Below, one piece after another: positions 47,310 through 56,664 of a stretch of DNA of 64,000 nt. Numbering within the stretch: position 1 is the stretch's first letter; the number at the start of each line of letters is the position of its first letter. The stretch covers positions 36,834 to 100,833 of the forward strand of contig JBGUYH010000044.1 in assembly GCA_045118595.1 (NCBI GenBank). Direction: 5' to 3'. Under the pieces are notes generated by a model. The model made no database searches. It was not told the origin of the DNA and saw nothing but the letters and a program-made list of their open reading frames with translations. The stretch comes from Bacteroidales bacterium (lineage in GTDB: Bacteria; Bacteroidota; Bacteroidia; Bacteroidales; Marinilabiliaceae). The position numbers were made by a program, and so were the translations under genes.

Positions 47310-48458
47310 TTACTTCTTTTGGAAAACACGAACGTAGTCTACTTGCATAGTGAGTGGCAACGCATTGGTGTCAACACCTTGAGCACCTCCCCAACTGCCA
47401 CCCCATGCGAGGTTGAGAATAACGTAAAAAGGTTTGTCATATGGATAGTTTGTAACTGTTCCATCACTATCATACGATAGCTGTATTTTACCATCGACAT
47501 ATGTGGTTATTCCTTGTTTTGTCCATTCAATAGCATAAATGTGAAAATCATCTTCGGCACCTTCACAATACATTTCATGAGTTACCTGAGTGTTATTCGT
47601 ATGTACATGTCCTTCGGCATGAAGACTTGATGATACATAATTTGGATTATAACCAACTTCTTCCATGATGTCGATTTCTCCGCATTTTGGCCAGCCTTCG
47701 TTAGTCCAATCAACATTGACTGGCATCATCCAAAATGCAGGCCATGTACCTTTGCCTTTGGGCAGTTTTATCTTAGCTTCTATATAGCCATATTGCCAAC
47801 CTGTACTAACATTAGCATAAACACGACCAGAATATACCTTCAGTACTCCGTTATCATCCTCTTCTTGGAAACAATTAATACGCAATGTACCATCTTTTAC
47901 TTCAGTAACACGCTTACCACTTGGCGATTTGGTGTTTACATAATTCTGAAGCTCATTATTAACCCAACCTGATTTTTGCACTTCATGAGTCCAATGGTTG
48001 CCATCGAGGTCTTTCGACTGTTGATCAAATTCGTCGTTCCATACAAGTTCGTAGCCACTGATAGGGCAAACAATAGCATTGGGGTCGGGCACTCCATCGC
48101 CACCCTCTTGCTTGATGATAAGTGTGGCACGAGCAGCTCCGCATTTAAATATTACATTGCCTTCGCGTGCATCGTATTCATCACTTTTTTGCACCGATAC
48201 TTCAATTGTAGTTGTATTATCAACTGAACTATTGGGTGTTACTGTTATCCAACTATCGCTCACAATCGTTCCCCACTCTTGCGATGCTGTAACCGTCAGA
48301 CTCTGTTCACCAGCGTTGCCATCAAAACTAAGTTCTGATACATTAAGCGATATAGAAGCCTCTGGTTGCACATTGTTGTCAGTTTCATCACCACCACAAG
48401 CGTAGATTCCAAACGCTAGGGATAGCATTGTCGCGATTATACACATTTTCTTGTTCAT
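47310..48458 (-). CDS. GH16 endo-beta-1,3(4)-glucanase (laminarinase-type) lipoprotein with an N-terminal BACON-like domain
   Basis: Lipobox ..FGIYACGG (start at MNKKM, 48458). BACON-like segment ISLNVSELSFDGNAGEQSLTVTASQEW. GH16 catalytic motif GEIDIMEE. Confidence 0.85.
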   Translation of the reverse strand: MNKKMCIIATMLSLAFGIYACGGDETDNNVQPEASISLNVSELSFDGNAGEQSLTVTASQEWGTIVSDSWITVTPNSSVDNTTTIEVSVQKSDEYDAREGNVIFKCGAARATLIIKQEGGDGVPDPNAIVCPISGYELVWNDEFDQQSKDLDGNHWTHEVQKSGWVNNELQNYVNTKSPSGKRVTEVKDGTLRINCFQEEDDNGVLKVYSGRVYANVSTGWQYGYIEAKIKLPKGKGTWPAFWMMPVNVDWTNEGWPKCGEIDIMEEVGYNPNYVSSSLHAEGHVHTNNTQVTHEMYCEGAEDDFHIYAIEWTKQGITTYVDGKIQLSYDSDGTVTNYPYDKPFYVILNLAWGGSWGGAQGVDTNALPLTMQVDYVRVFQKK

Positions 48459-48539
48459 TCTATTATTGTTTATATTACATAAGATTAGATTGCTCAAGCA
48501 GTTGCGATGAGCAACCTAATCTATTTGTTTATATAAATT

Positions 48540-49560
48540 TTATTCTGCCTCTTCGAATATTATATCCGAAATTTTCACATTCGTTCCAGCAGGTGCTCCA
48601 CCAAAATCGAAAACAAGAGTAAGTGCACTCGCATCAGCATTAGGCAATGTAACACCTAAAACTTTGTACTTGTATGCTTTCCCTGCTTTTATGTCATGAC
48701 GATCAGCAAAGAAGTAATTGTTATCAGCATCACCTCCACCTGTTTGGGTGAATTTGATAGTTGCTTTAGCTATATCGTCATTAGCTTCAAGGATAAGAGC
48801 AAAGTTGTATTTCTTCGATGTTGATGCACTAAGTGTGGTGCTTATCTTTAACTGACCTTGCCACTGGTCACCACCAATGCCTTCAGGTATGGTCAATTCG
48901 TATGCGTTGTCGGTATGAGTTATTGTTGGCTGATTGGCAAGTTCTTCCCAACTTCCATTAGCAAACCATGTGGTTATTTCAACCAATGCTGATTCATCAT
49001 CAACGCTCTTCCATAAGTTATTAGGATCAGTGTACGATAATAAGACAGTTTCTTCAAAATATATATTGCTTATTTTGACATGTGCTCCAGCAGGTGCTCC
49101 ACCAAAGTCAAATACAAGAGTCATCTCTTCTGCATCTCCGTTTGGCAAAACAACATCTTCGGCTTTATAAACAAATTGCTTACCTGCTTTTATGTCATGG
49201 CGATCAGCAAAGAAGTAGTTATTATCTGCATCACCTCCACCTGCTTGGGTAAACTTGATAGTTGCTTTAGCTATGTCATCATCGGCATCAATAGTAAGAT
49301 AGAAGTTATATGCTTTTGCCACTGATGCACTAAGCTTAGTAGCTATCTTCAATTGTCCTTGCCACTGATCGCTACCAATACCTTCTGGAACATCAAACTC
49401 ATAAGTGTTGGTAGCATTGTCGTGAGTTATTGTTGGCTGATTGGCAAGTTCTTCCCAACTTCCATTAGCAAACCATGTGGTTATTTCAACTAACGAAGTA
49501 CCGTTGTCAACACTCTTCCATAAGTTGCTGTCGCTATTATAATCCCAATCCATTACATCC
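48540..49560 (-). repeat. 2 x 507 bp in-frame tandem duplication
   Basis: A 68 bp exact match (48917-48984 = 49424-49491) with period 507 bp. Flanking segments are about 85-90 percent identical by eye. The protein modules both run NLWKSVD...ISNIYFEE / ISDIIFEE. Confidence 0.9.
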
Positions 49561-50486
49561 TCGTTAGCGTTTTCTTCATTCTCTTCAATCTCTTTGCATG
49601 TGAATACGAAACGCCATGATATGCTACCATTGTCGCAAACAAGTATTAAAGTAGTACTTGAAATACTTTCTATACGATAAAGTGGATCAGCGTATGTTTC
49701 ATCATTTGGTATGTATGGGAATAATGTCTTAGCTGGCAAATGTATAAAGAGCGCACTCTCATCGTTGAATGTACCTGTTTCGATGGTAAATGTGGTAGTT
49801 TGCTTCTCAACAGTTGCCATATAGTCATTCCCATCGTTGGTGTTCGAATCTGCAAACACGTCTTTACAACCAGTGTTAATGTATACCGTACCACCTTCAC
49901 CAGGCTCATAAGTATATGAGCCACCAGTAACAGGGTCAGAATCGGTGTGCGAGAATTTTATAACATCATCGTATACTCCCCAATCGGCTTTGTCATTAGG
50001 TTGTGCCGACCACCAGTTAGATCCATCGGTACCTGACTCACCGCAACCCAAGTGACCAACTATTGAATAATTTATTTTCCAATCTTTATCACACAACTTG
50101 TTGAAGAGTGATGTGTAATCGACCTTAGTCTGCTTAAATGTGAATTCAGATTTAACAGAAGCCACCGAAATACCATTGCGATTGCCAATATAGAGTTCGA
50201 GGGTATGATTACCTGCTTCGAGTGTAGAATAAGTAGCTTTGGCAAGGTTTGAATAGAATTTACCATCGAGATACCAAATAGGATATTGTCCTGCTATCTC
50301 TTGTGTAGAGAAAATGGCTGTATTAATGCTAGGATCATCTTCTTGCACATCTATACTGATGGTATTAGCCGATGTAGTAGGCTGAGCATTAGGATTAGCT
50401 CCTTCAAACTCTTCAGGCGAACATGATACCATGCAGCCTAATAGCAAAGCTCCTAATGAATATTTTAATATCTTTTTCATATTCAA
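48540..50486 (-). CDS. PUL-encoded surface glycan-binding lipoprotein (SusE/F-position) with two tandem C-terminal domains
   Basis: 648 aa. Lipobox LLLGCMVSCS. It occupies the position immediately after SusD. The C-terminal half is two near-identical 169 aa modules. Confidence 0.65.
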   Translation of the reverse strand: MNMKKILKYSLGALLLGCMVSCSPEEFEGANPNAQPTTSANTISIDVQEDDPSINTAIFSTQEIAGQYPIWYLDGKFYSNLAKATYSTLEAGNHTLELYIGNRNGISVASVKSEFTFKQTKVDYTSLFNKLCDKDWKINYSIVGHLGCGESGTDGSNWWSAQPNDKADWGVYDDVIKFSHTDSDPVTGGSYTYEPGEGGTVYINTGCKDVFADSNTNDGNDYMATVEKQTTTFTIETGTFNDESALFIHLPAKTLFPYIPNDETYADPLYRIESISSTTLILVCDNGSISWRFVFTCKEIEENEENANEDVMDWDYNSDSNLWKSVDNGTSLVEITTWFANGSWEELANQPTITHDNATNTYEFDVPEGIGSDQWQGQLKIATKLSASVAKAYNFYLTIDADDDIAKATIKFTQAGGGDADNNYFFADRHDIKAGKQFVYKAEDVVLPNGDAEEMTLVFDFGGAPAGAHVKISNIYFEETVLLSYTDPNNLWKSVDDESALVEITTWFANGSWEELANQPTITHTDNAYELTIPEGIGGDQWQGQLKISTTLSASTSKKYNFALILEANDDIAKATIKFTQTGGGDADNNYFFADRHDIKAGKAYKYKVLGVTLPNADASALTLVFDFGGAPAGTNVKISDIIFEEAE

Positions 50487-50503
50487 TGTCTTTAATCTGG
50501 TTA

Positions 50504-52024
50504 CTAATAGTTATTCTGCACCAATGTTGGGTCAGCGTCAAGTTCACTTTGTGCAAGTGGAATGTGCTTTTTGTTTATTGTCCAGCTATTTGTACGATAA
50601 CCATATTTATCAGGTACAAGAACTGTTGATGCGAAACCAGTGCGGACAAGATCGAAATAACGCTTTCCTTCGCCACAAAATTCAAGATGACGTTCGTTGA
50701 GTATGTTTTCAATATTGCACTCTGTATATTCTCCCAATCCGGCACGTGTGCGTACTTGATTTAGATAATTAAGAGCTGTAGCCTGACTACCTCCTGTGTT
50801 GATAAGTAATTCGGCTGCGTTGAGCAATGTTTCTGCGTAGCGATAGATGCGCTTATTGTTGTTGTAATTAAGGTTTTTAGATGTCGGACAATCTTGGTTG
50901 TTGGCCGAGAATGGACGATATTTAGCAAGCCACAAATGTGTGTCTTGATAACGATCTTTATAACTTACATCACGCACATCCCAAACAGTAGCATCGCGAC
51001 GCACATCGCCATCTTCATACATTTCATATGTCTCGAGACGGACAGGAAGGAAGCCCCAACCGTCTTCACCAGCGTTCCAACCATCGCCACCTGGCCAATT
51101 ATTGGGTGATATGAGTGTTGGTAATACAGAACCACCTGCATACATTGCAGTACCCCAATCGCGTTGTGCTTGGTCGTCGTTGTAATTTATCTCAAATATA
51201 CTTTCAGAACACCATTCACCACTCTCTTCCCATATATTTTTAAAATTAGGATTGAGTGCATATTCGCCCGAAGATATTATTTCTTGCATATAGGCAAGCG
51301 CTTGAGCATAACGTGAATTGTCGTTCTGATACATTACCATTTCGGCATAGAGCATATAAGCAAATGCTTTTGATACTCTTCCGGCATTAGAGTTATCCCA
51401 ACGCATAGGTAATATGTCAGATTCGATGATACTCTCTAACTCGGGAAGTAATTTGCTATATATCTCATCAGCTGAGAGTTGTGGTGCTGTATACGAACCC
51501 GATAGATTTTCAAGATAGAATGGTACACTGCCATAATAATGCCACAAAATATTGTAGTAGTAGACGCGAAGCAAGCGAGCTTCTGTAGTATAAAGGTTTC
51601 TAGCCTCTTCAGTACCACCACCCCATGAACAATATGTAAGCACATCGTTACAACGTTTAATGCCACTATAGAAATCGCCCCAAAGTGTAGAGAGTGTGTT
51701 ATTACCGTCACCTTCAAAATTGAAAAGTTTATGCCAATGCTGGTTATCGGTAATAGAACCACCACCTACCCAGAAATCGTCGCCCAAAATTTCAGCATCT
51801 ACAGTCAAATCGTTGTAAGCTGTGCCATCCCAATCGGGCCAATGAAGCGGTGAGTACGCCGATACAAGCGATTCGAATAGTGTTTCGTCATTAGTATAGT
51901 ATTCTTCAAGTGGCTCACCATCAGGCTTAGTCACTTCCAAAAAGTCATCGTTGCAGGCTACGGTAAGAAGTGATGCCGCAACAGAACCTGCCATTAATAT
52001 ATATTTGTTCATATTGAAATGCAT
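50504..52024 (-). CDS. susD: SusD/RagB family nutrient-binding outer-membrane lipoprotein
   Basis: 506 aa. Lipobox LLTVACNDDF and TPR-like helical N-terminal half. It follows the SusC gene by 16 nt. The probable start is MNKYIL at 52012. Confidence 0.88.
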   Translation of the reverse strand: MHFNMNKYILMAGSVAASLLTVACNDDFLEVTKPDGEPLEEYYTNDETLFESLVSAYSPLHWPDWDGTAYNDLTVDAEILGDDFWVGGGSITDNQHWHKLFNFEGDGNNTLSTLWGDFYSGIKRCNDVLTYCSWGGGTEEARNLYTTEARLLRVYYYNILWHYYGSVPFYLENLSGSYTAPQLSADEIYSKLLPELESIIESDILPMRWDNSNAGRVSKAFAYMLYAEMVMYQNDNSRYAQALAYMQEIISSGEYALNPNFKNIWEESGEWCSESIFEINYNDDQAQRDWGTAMYAGGSVLPTLISPNNWPGGDGWNAGEDGWGFLPVRLETYEMYEDGDVRRDATVWDVRDVSYKDRYQDTHLWLAKYRPFSANNQDCPTSKNLNYNNNKRIYRYAETLLNAAELLINTGGSQATALNYLNQVRTRAGLGEYTECNIENILNERHLEFCGEGKRYFDLVRTGFASTVLVPDKYGYRTNSWTINKKHIPLAQSELDADPTLVQNNY

Positions 52025-52040
52025 TTATAATGGTTTAACA

Positions 52041-55000
52041 TCAAAATGTTACGTTACAGCCAACTGTAAATGTACGAGCTTGTGGATATACACCATAGTC
52101 TACACCCAAACTGTTAACACTTGAACCGATTTCTGGGTCGAAGCCCCAATATTTTGTCCAAGTGAACATATTCTCTGCCATAGCATAAACACGGAAACGG
52201 TTGATGCGAACACGTTGTGTAAGTTCACGTGGCAATGTGTAGCCAAGTGTTATGTTCTTAACTCGACAATATGAACCATCTTGTACATATAGGTCGCTGC
52301 AAACCCAGTTTTTGCTATCGCCAAGTGCTATACGAGGTACGCGATTAGATGTGCCTTCGCCAGTCCAACGATTAAGCATCCATGTAGGATAGTTACCTGA
52401 AGCAATATCTTGACGATATGTAGCATCGAATACATCAACACCTGTTACACCTTGCATGAATACAGAGAAGTCAAGTCCTTTCCACTCTACATTTAGGTTA
52501 AGACCAAATGTCCAATCAGGATTAGCGTTACCAATGTTTGTGCGGTCGTCAGATGTTATAGTTCCATCGCCATTAACATCTACAAAACGAAGATCGCCAG
52601 GTTGCGCATTAGGCATTATCAGACTACCATCTTTGTTTGTGTAGGCATCAACTTCAGCCATGTTTTGGAACACACCATTAGTCTTATAACCATAGAAGAA
52701 TGGGAATGGTTCGCCATTTTGAGCACGAGTACCACCATCAGAGAATTGATTGATACCAAAATCGAGTATTCCCGTTTCGTTACCAAGATTTTTGATTTCG
52801 TTCTTGAGATAAGCTGCAGTACCACTAACAGCAAAGTTTACGTCAGATACATTAAACTTATAGCTCAATTCAAATTCCCAACCAGAGTTTTTCATATCAC
52901 CAATGTTGTATAATGGTTTTGCTTCACCTACATAGCTTGGTATAGGCTTTTCTATTATCATTCCATTGGTTTTTTTGATATAATAATCTGTTGTCAATGT
53001 CAGAGCACCATCAAGGAAGCCAAAGTCTAAAGCTATGTCGGTTTGTTCTACCTCTTCCCACTTCAAATCTTGGTTAGGCAATTTGGTTGTCTTCGAACCA
53101 TCTGTCATAGTGTTTGATACACCAAAATAATAGTTACTTGTACCTCCCGATGTTGTAAGTGTGGTATACGAGAAGTCACCAATGTTGTCGTTACCATTCT
53201 TACCCCAGCTAGCACGGAACTTAAGATTTGATAACCACGAACGTGTTACATCCATAAATGATTCGTTAATGATATTCCATCCTATAGAACCTGATGGGAA
53301 TACACCATATTTATTGTTTGAACCAAAGCGGCTCGAACCATCGCGACGCACAGTGGCTTGCAACATATATCGCTCAGCAAAGTTGTAGCTCAATCGGGCA
53401 AATAACGATGACATGCGGTGCTCACTATATGGTCCGCCCCATACGCCTACATTACTTGTTACACCTGTTATTTTACCATCTTCGTCTGTTGTAGTAGTTA
53501 GATCACCACCTGAGGTATAGTTAATTGAAGGTTTGTTCACATTGATAAGGTTACGATGCGAACCACCAAGTTCATTGCCCTTTTCTTTTAATGCCGACTG
53601 ACCAAGCACTACGTTTATGGTATGATCACCAAATACTTTATCGTAAGTTATGGTGTTTTCAATCTGCCAATTTGTTTTATTTCCTTTATAAGAAGTAGCA
53701 CTTGTATGATCCGCATTATTGTTGCCAGATAAATAATACTTCTGCAATACTGCAGCATCATAACCCCAGAACGATTGTTCAGCATTCCATGTAAAATGGA
53801 ACTTCAATTCATCCCAAATCTGCAAATCAATAGCAAATTTTGGTGTAAACTTTTGTGACCAATTCTTTGTTGGATTTCCTTGCATCATTGCAATAGGATT
53901 GTTTTGCTCATTATACGAACCAAGGAAACCTGGAATAGTATATGGATCACCGTTTTCGTCGTAATACAAATCATACTTACTATACTGCTCAATCATCTTT
54001 TGAGCAATATCGCCATGAAGTGTTACTGGTAAAGTAGGAGCTAAATAGAGTGCCGAACCAAGTGGCGAGCCCCATGTAGAGTTAGTATCAATACCTGTGT
54101 TGTGCACTCGCATGTATGAAATGTTGGCACCCAAATCTAACTTGTTCAAGAAATTACGTTCAGCACTATCGTCGATGATGTTGAACTGATTATTTGAACG
54201 TATTGTCAAACGATCATAGTTAGAATGACCAAAATTACCACCAACAATACCTTCTTGATTTATATAACCCAATGAAAGGTAATAATTAACCTTATCGTTT
54301 GCACCACTTACCGATAAATCGTGTTGCGTAATTGGTGCATTGTCATTGAAGAGAAGTTTTTGCCAATCGGTACCAAAACCTTCTATTTTGTCACCATTGT
54401 CATCAACTAAATTATACGGATCATCATATAGTGGCTCTTGTCCACCATTCACATATTTCTCGTTCTGCAAAAGAGCATAATCAGTAGCTCCAGTAACATC
54501 GCGATGACGCCATGCGCTTTGCCAACCTGTTGAGAAATTATAATTGATATTTGACTTACCCTTTTTACCTTTTTTTGTTGTAACCAAGATAACACCATTG
54601 GCAGCACGAGCACCATAGATAGCACCAGAAGCTGCATCTTTGAGCACCTCCATGCTTTCAATATCGTTAGGGTTAACTGCCTCCATACCATCTTGATCTG
54701 TTGGCATACCATCAATGATGTAAAGTGGTTCAGAATTATTAATTGTACCTATACCACGTATACGTATCATTGACTTTGAACCTGGTTGTCCTGACGCTGA
54801 TGTAACGTTTACACCTGCGGCCATACCTTTAAGAGCATCTTCTGCACGTAAACGCGTTTTACCTTCCAAATCTTCTGCTGTTACCTTGCTTATTGCTGCT
54901 GTTACTACGCTCTTCTTTTGTACACCATAGCCAATAACCACAAGGTCTTCAAGCATTGCTGTCTCTTCTTCAAGAACAACATTGATTGTTGTTTGTCCAC

Positions 55001-55244
55001 CCACAAGTACCTCTTGTGTCGCAAAGCCAATGAACGAATAAACCAACGTACCATCTTGTGGTACACTGATTTTGTATTCACCATCTATGCCAGTGACTGT
55101 ACCAGTTGACGTTCCTTTTACCATGACAGCCACACCTGGTAACGGCTGACCATCAGTTGAGCTCGTCACAACACCGCTAACACTCTGCGCAACTACAGAT
55201 AGCGATGCAAAGATGAGCATCATTAGCATTAAACTTTTTTTCAT
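52041..55244 (-). CDS. susC: SusC/RagA family TonB-dependent outer-membrane transporter
   Basis: 1067 aa. Signal peptide, carboxypeptidase-regulatory-like domain GVVTSSTDGQPLPGVAVMVKGT, TonB box/plug, and C-terminal barrel strand ..FTVGCNVTF. There is no N-terminal anti-sigma signalling extension. Confidence 0.92.
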   Translation of the reverse strand: MKKSLMLMMLIFASLSVVAQSVSGVVTSSTDGQPLPGVAVMVKGTSTGTVTGIDGEYKISVPQDGTLVYSFIGFATQEVLVGGQTTINVVLEEETAMLEDLVVIGYGVQKKSVVTAAISKVTAEDLEGKTRLRAEDALKGMAAGVNVTSASGQPGSKSMIRIRGIGTINNSEPLYIIDGMPTDQDGMEAVNPNDIESMEVLKDAASGAIYGARAANGVILVTTKKGKKGKSNINYNFSTGWQSAWRHRDVTGATDYALLQNEKYVNGGQEPLYDDPYNLVDDNGDKIEGFGTDWQKLLFNDNAPITQHDLSVSGANDKVNYYLSLGYINQEGIVGGNFGHSNYDRLTIRSNNQFNIIDDSAERNFLNKLDLGANISYMRVHNTGIDTNSTWGSPLGSALYLAPTLPVTLHGDIAQKMIEQYSKYDLYYDENGDPYTIPGFLGSYNEQNNPIAMMQGNPTKNWSQKFTPKFAIDLQIWDELKFHFTWNAEQSFWGYDAAVLQKYYLSGNNNADHTSATSYKGNKTNWQIENTITYDKVFGDHTINVVLGQSALKEKGNELGGSHRNLINVNKPSINYTSGGDLTTTTDEDGKITGVTSNVGVWGGPYSEHRMSSLFARLSYNFAERYMLQATVRRDGSSRFGSNNKYGVFPSGSIGWNIINESFMDVTRSWLSNLKFRASWGKNGNDNIGDFSYTTLTTSGGTSNYYFGVSNTMTDGSKTTKLPNQDLKWEEVEQTDIALDFGFLDGALTLTTDYYIKKTNGMIIEKPIPSYVGEAKPLYNIGDMKNSGWEFELSYKFNVSDVNFAVSGTAAYLKNEIKNLGNETGILDFGINQFSDGGTRAQNGEPFPFFYGYKTNGVFQNMAEVDAYTNKDGSLIMPNAQPGDLRFVDVNGDGTITSDDRTNIGNANPDWTFGLNLNVEWKGLDFSVFMQGVTGVDVFDATYRQDIASGNYPTWMLNRWTGEGTSNRVPRIALGDSKNWVCSDLYVQDGSYCRVKNITLGYTLPRELTQRVRINRFRVYAMAENMFTWTKYWGFDPEIGSSVNSLGVDYGVYPQARTFTVGCNVTF

Positions 55245-55315
55245 AATAAAGTTCGTGTTACTGAATAAAATAAATTGAATGATTTAAGGCTTCCATTTTC
55301 TGAAATCCAATGCCA

Positions 55316-55323
55316 CAAATGTA
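55316..55323 (-). promoter_or_regulatory. -7 promoter box TACATTTG for the PUL
   Basis: TAnnTTTG match on the minus strand, 72 nt upstream of the susC ATG. Confidence 0.45.
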
Positions 55324-55365
55324 TTCTCAGATATTGCTAAATGCAAAAAATAGTTAATTCAAAAC

Positions 55366-55408
55366 TACGTCAATACACTTTTTTTAATACGCCAATAATA
55401 CGTCAATA
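55366..55408. promoter_or_regulatory. three direct repeats TACG(T/C)CAATA, candidate regulator binding sites
   Basis: TACGTCAATA at 55366, TACGCCAATA at 55388 and TACGTCAATA at 55399. The start-to-start spacings are 22 and 11 bp. They lie 43-92 bp upstream of the putative susC -7 box. Confidence 0.4.
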
Positions 55409-55478
55409 TTTTATATCTATCTGATTATCAATCATATCTATATATATTTTTTAAACAAAAAAAAACAATATTATTGAC

Positions 55479-55486
55479 TATCTTTG
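55479..55486 (+). promoter_or_regulatory. -7 promoter box TATCTTTG for the VanZ-like gene
   Basis: Perfect consensus 21 nt upstream of the ATG at 55507. It lies downstream of the track start at 55474, which is therefore rejected. Confidence 0.5.
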
Positions 55487-55506
55487 TTACTCATAATAAA
55501 ATAACA

Positions 55507-55887
55507 ATGAAAAAAATTTTCAAAATACTTTTGCGCTCGTTACCTGCACTCCTTATTTTTTGTTGTAACTGGTATTTATCATCACAAGAACACGTTGAAC
55601 AAATGCCCAATTTTTGGAACGCCGACAAACTTGTTCACTGCATCTGTTTTGGTGCATTAACTTTTTGGGCCGCCTTTGGTATAGATAATAAAACTATCAA
55701 ACACACATGGCTTATTTTGCTGCCAATAATAATTGTTTCGCTATATGGTGTTATAGATGAAATACACCAAAGTTTTACACCTGGACGCGATAGTTCTGTT
55801 GCCGATTGGATAGTCGATACAATTGGAGCTATATTAGGAAGTGCTATTTACTTCTACTTACGCATGTGGTGGATAAAAAGAAAATAG
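55507..55887 (+). CDS. VanZ family membrane protein
   Basis: 126 aa from MKKIFKILL. Four TM helices and the VanZ-like motif DEIHQSFTPGR....D...D. Confidence 0.7.
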   Translation: MKKIFKILLRSLPALLIFCCNWYLSSQEHVEQMPNFWNADKLVHCICFGALTFWAAFGIDNKTIKHTWLILLPIIIVSLYGVIDEIHQSFTPGRDSSVADWIVDTIGAILGSAIYFYLRMWWIKRK

Positions 55888-55900
55888 ATGATACAATAAA

Positions 55901-55941
55901 ACCCAAAATGAGTCAATGCTTTACATCAACTCATTTTGGGT
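55901..55941. terminator. bidirectional terminator hairpin
   Basis: 13 bp stem ACCCAAAATGAGT / ACTCATTTTGGGT with a 15 nt loop. Lies between convergent genes. Confidence 0.6.
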
Positions 55942-55964
55942 AACAATACCAGAAAATAATTTTA

Positions 55965-56588
55965 TTATCTAATAAAATTCATTGGTTGCCAATCTTCACA
56001 TTCTGGATATTGTGGAACGCCATTGGCATGTATTTTCTTGAGTAAAAACGACATATTATTAGCCATTGTACGCATAGTTTGCAACCCCTCAGCATCAAGC
56101 GCTGCTTGTCCCTCTTCTCTGCCATAAACAATATTCCAATATTGTGAACTTACTACAGGCATATTCATCATCAAAAATGGCATATTAAGCGTCTGAAAAG
56201 CAGCTGTTGCACCACCTCTGCGACATACACAAACAGCTGCTGCAAGCTTATTTTGAGCAATGGCACCTGCTGAATAAAACATTCGCTGAATAAGTGAAAG
56301 CACACTACCATTTGGCTGACCATAATAAACTGGCGAACCAACAATAAGAGCATCGGCTGTAGCAAGCTTCTCTATTACCCTATTGCACACGTCATCATCG
56401 AAAATGCATCGACCCAACTTTTTAGATTTACATTGTCCACAAGCTATACAACCACGTACAGGCTTTGTGCCTATCTGTACTATTTCTGCCTCAATATCAT
56501 TTTTCTCTAACGTTCGTGCTGCTTCGCTAAGAGCTATAAATGTATTACCATTAGCTCGTGCACTACCATTTATTAGTATAACTTTCAT
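55965..56588 (-). CDS. flavodoxin-like NAD(P)H-dependent FMN reductase family protein
   Basis: 207 aa. MKVILINGSARANGNT, a Cys cluster GCIACGQCKSKKLGRC, and SPVYYG. Confidence 0.7.
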   Translation of the reverse strand: MKVILINGSARANGNTFIALSEAARTLEKNDIEAEIVQIGTKPVRGCIACGQCKSKKLGRCIFDDDVCNRVIEKLATADALIVGSPVYYGQPNGSVLSLIQRMFYSAGAIAQNKLAAAVCVCRRGGATAAFQTLNMPFLMMNMPVVSSQYWNIVYGREEGQAALDAEGLQTMRTMANNMSFLLKKIHANGVPQYPECEDWQPMNFIR

Positions 56589-56664
56589 ATTAATCTTTTT
56601 CTTTAAATAAGTTTCTATTTATATCTGTATTATAAATTATTAACTATAAAATATATAATGCTAA

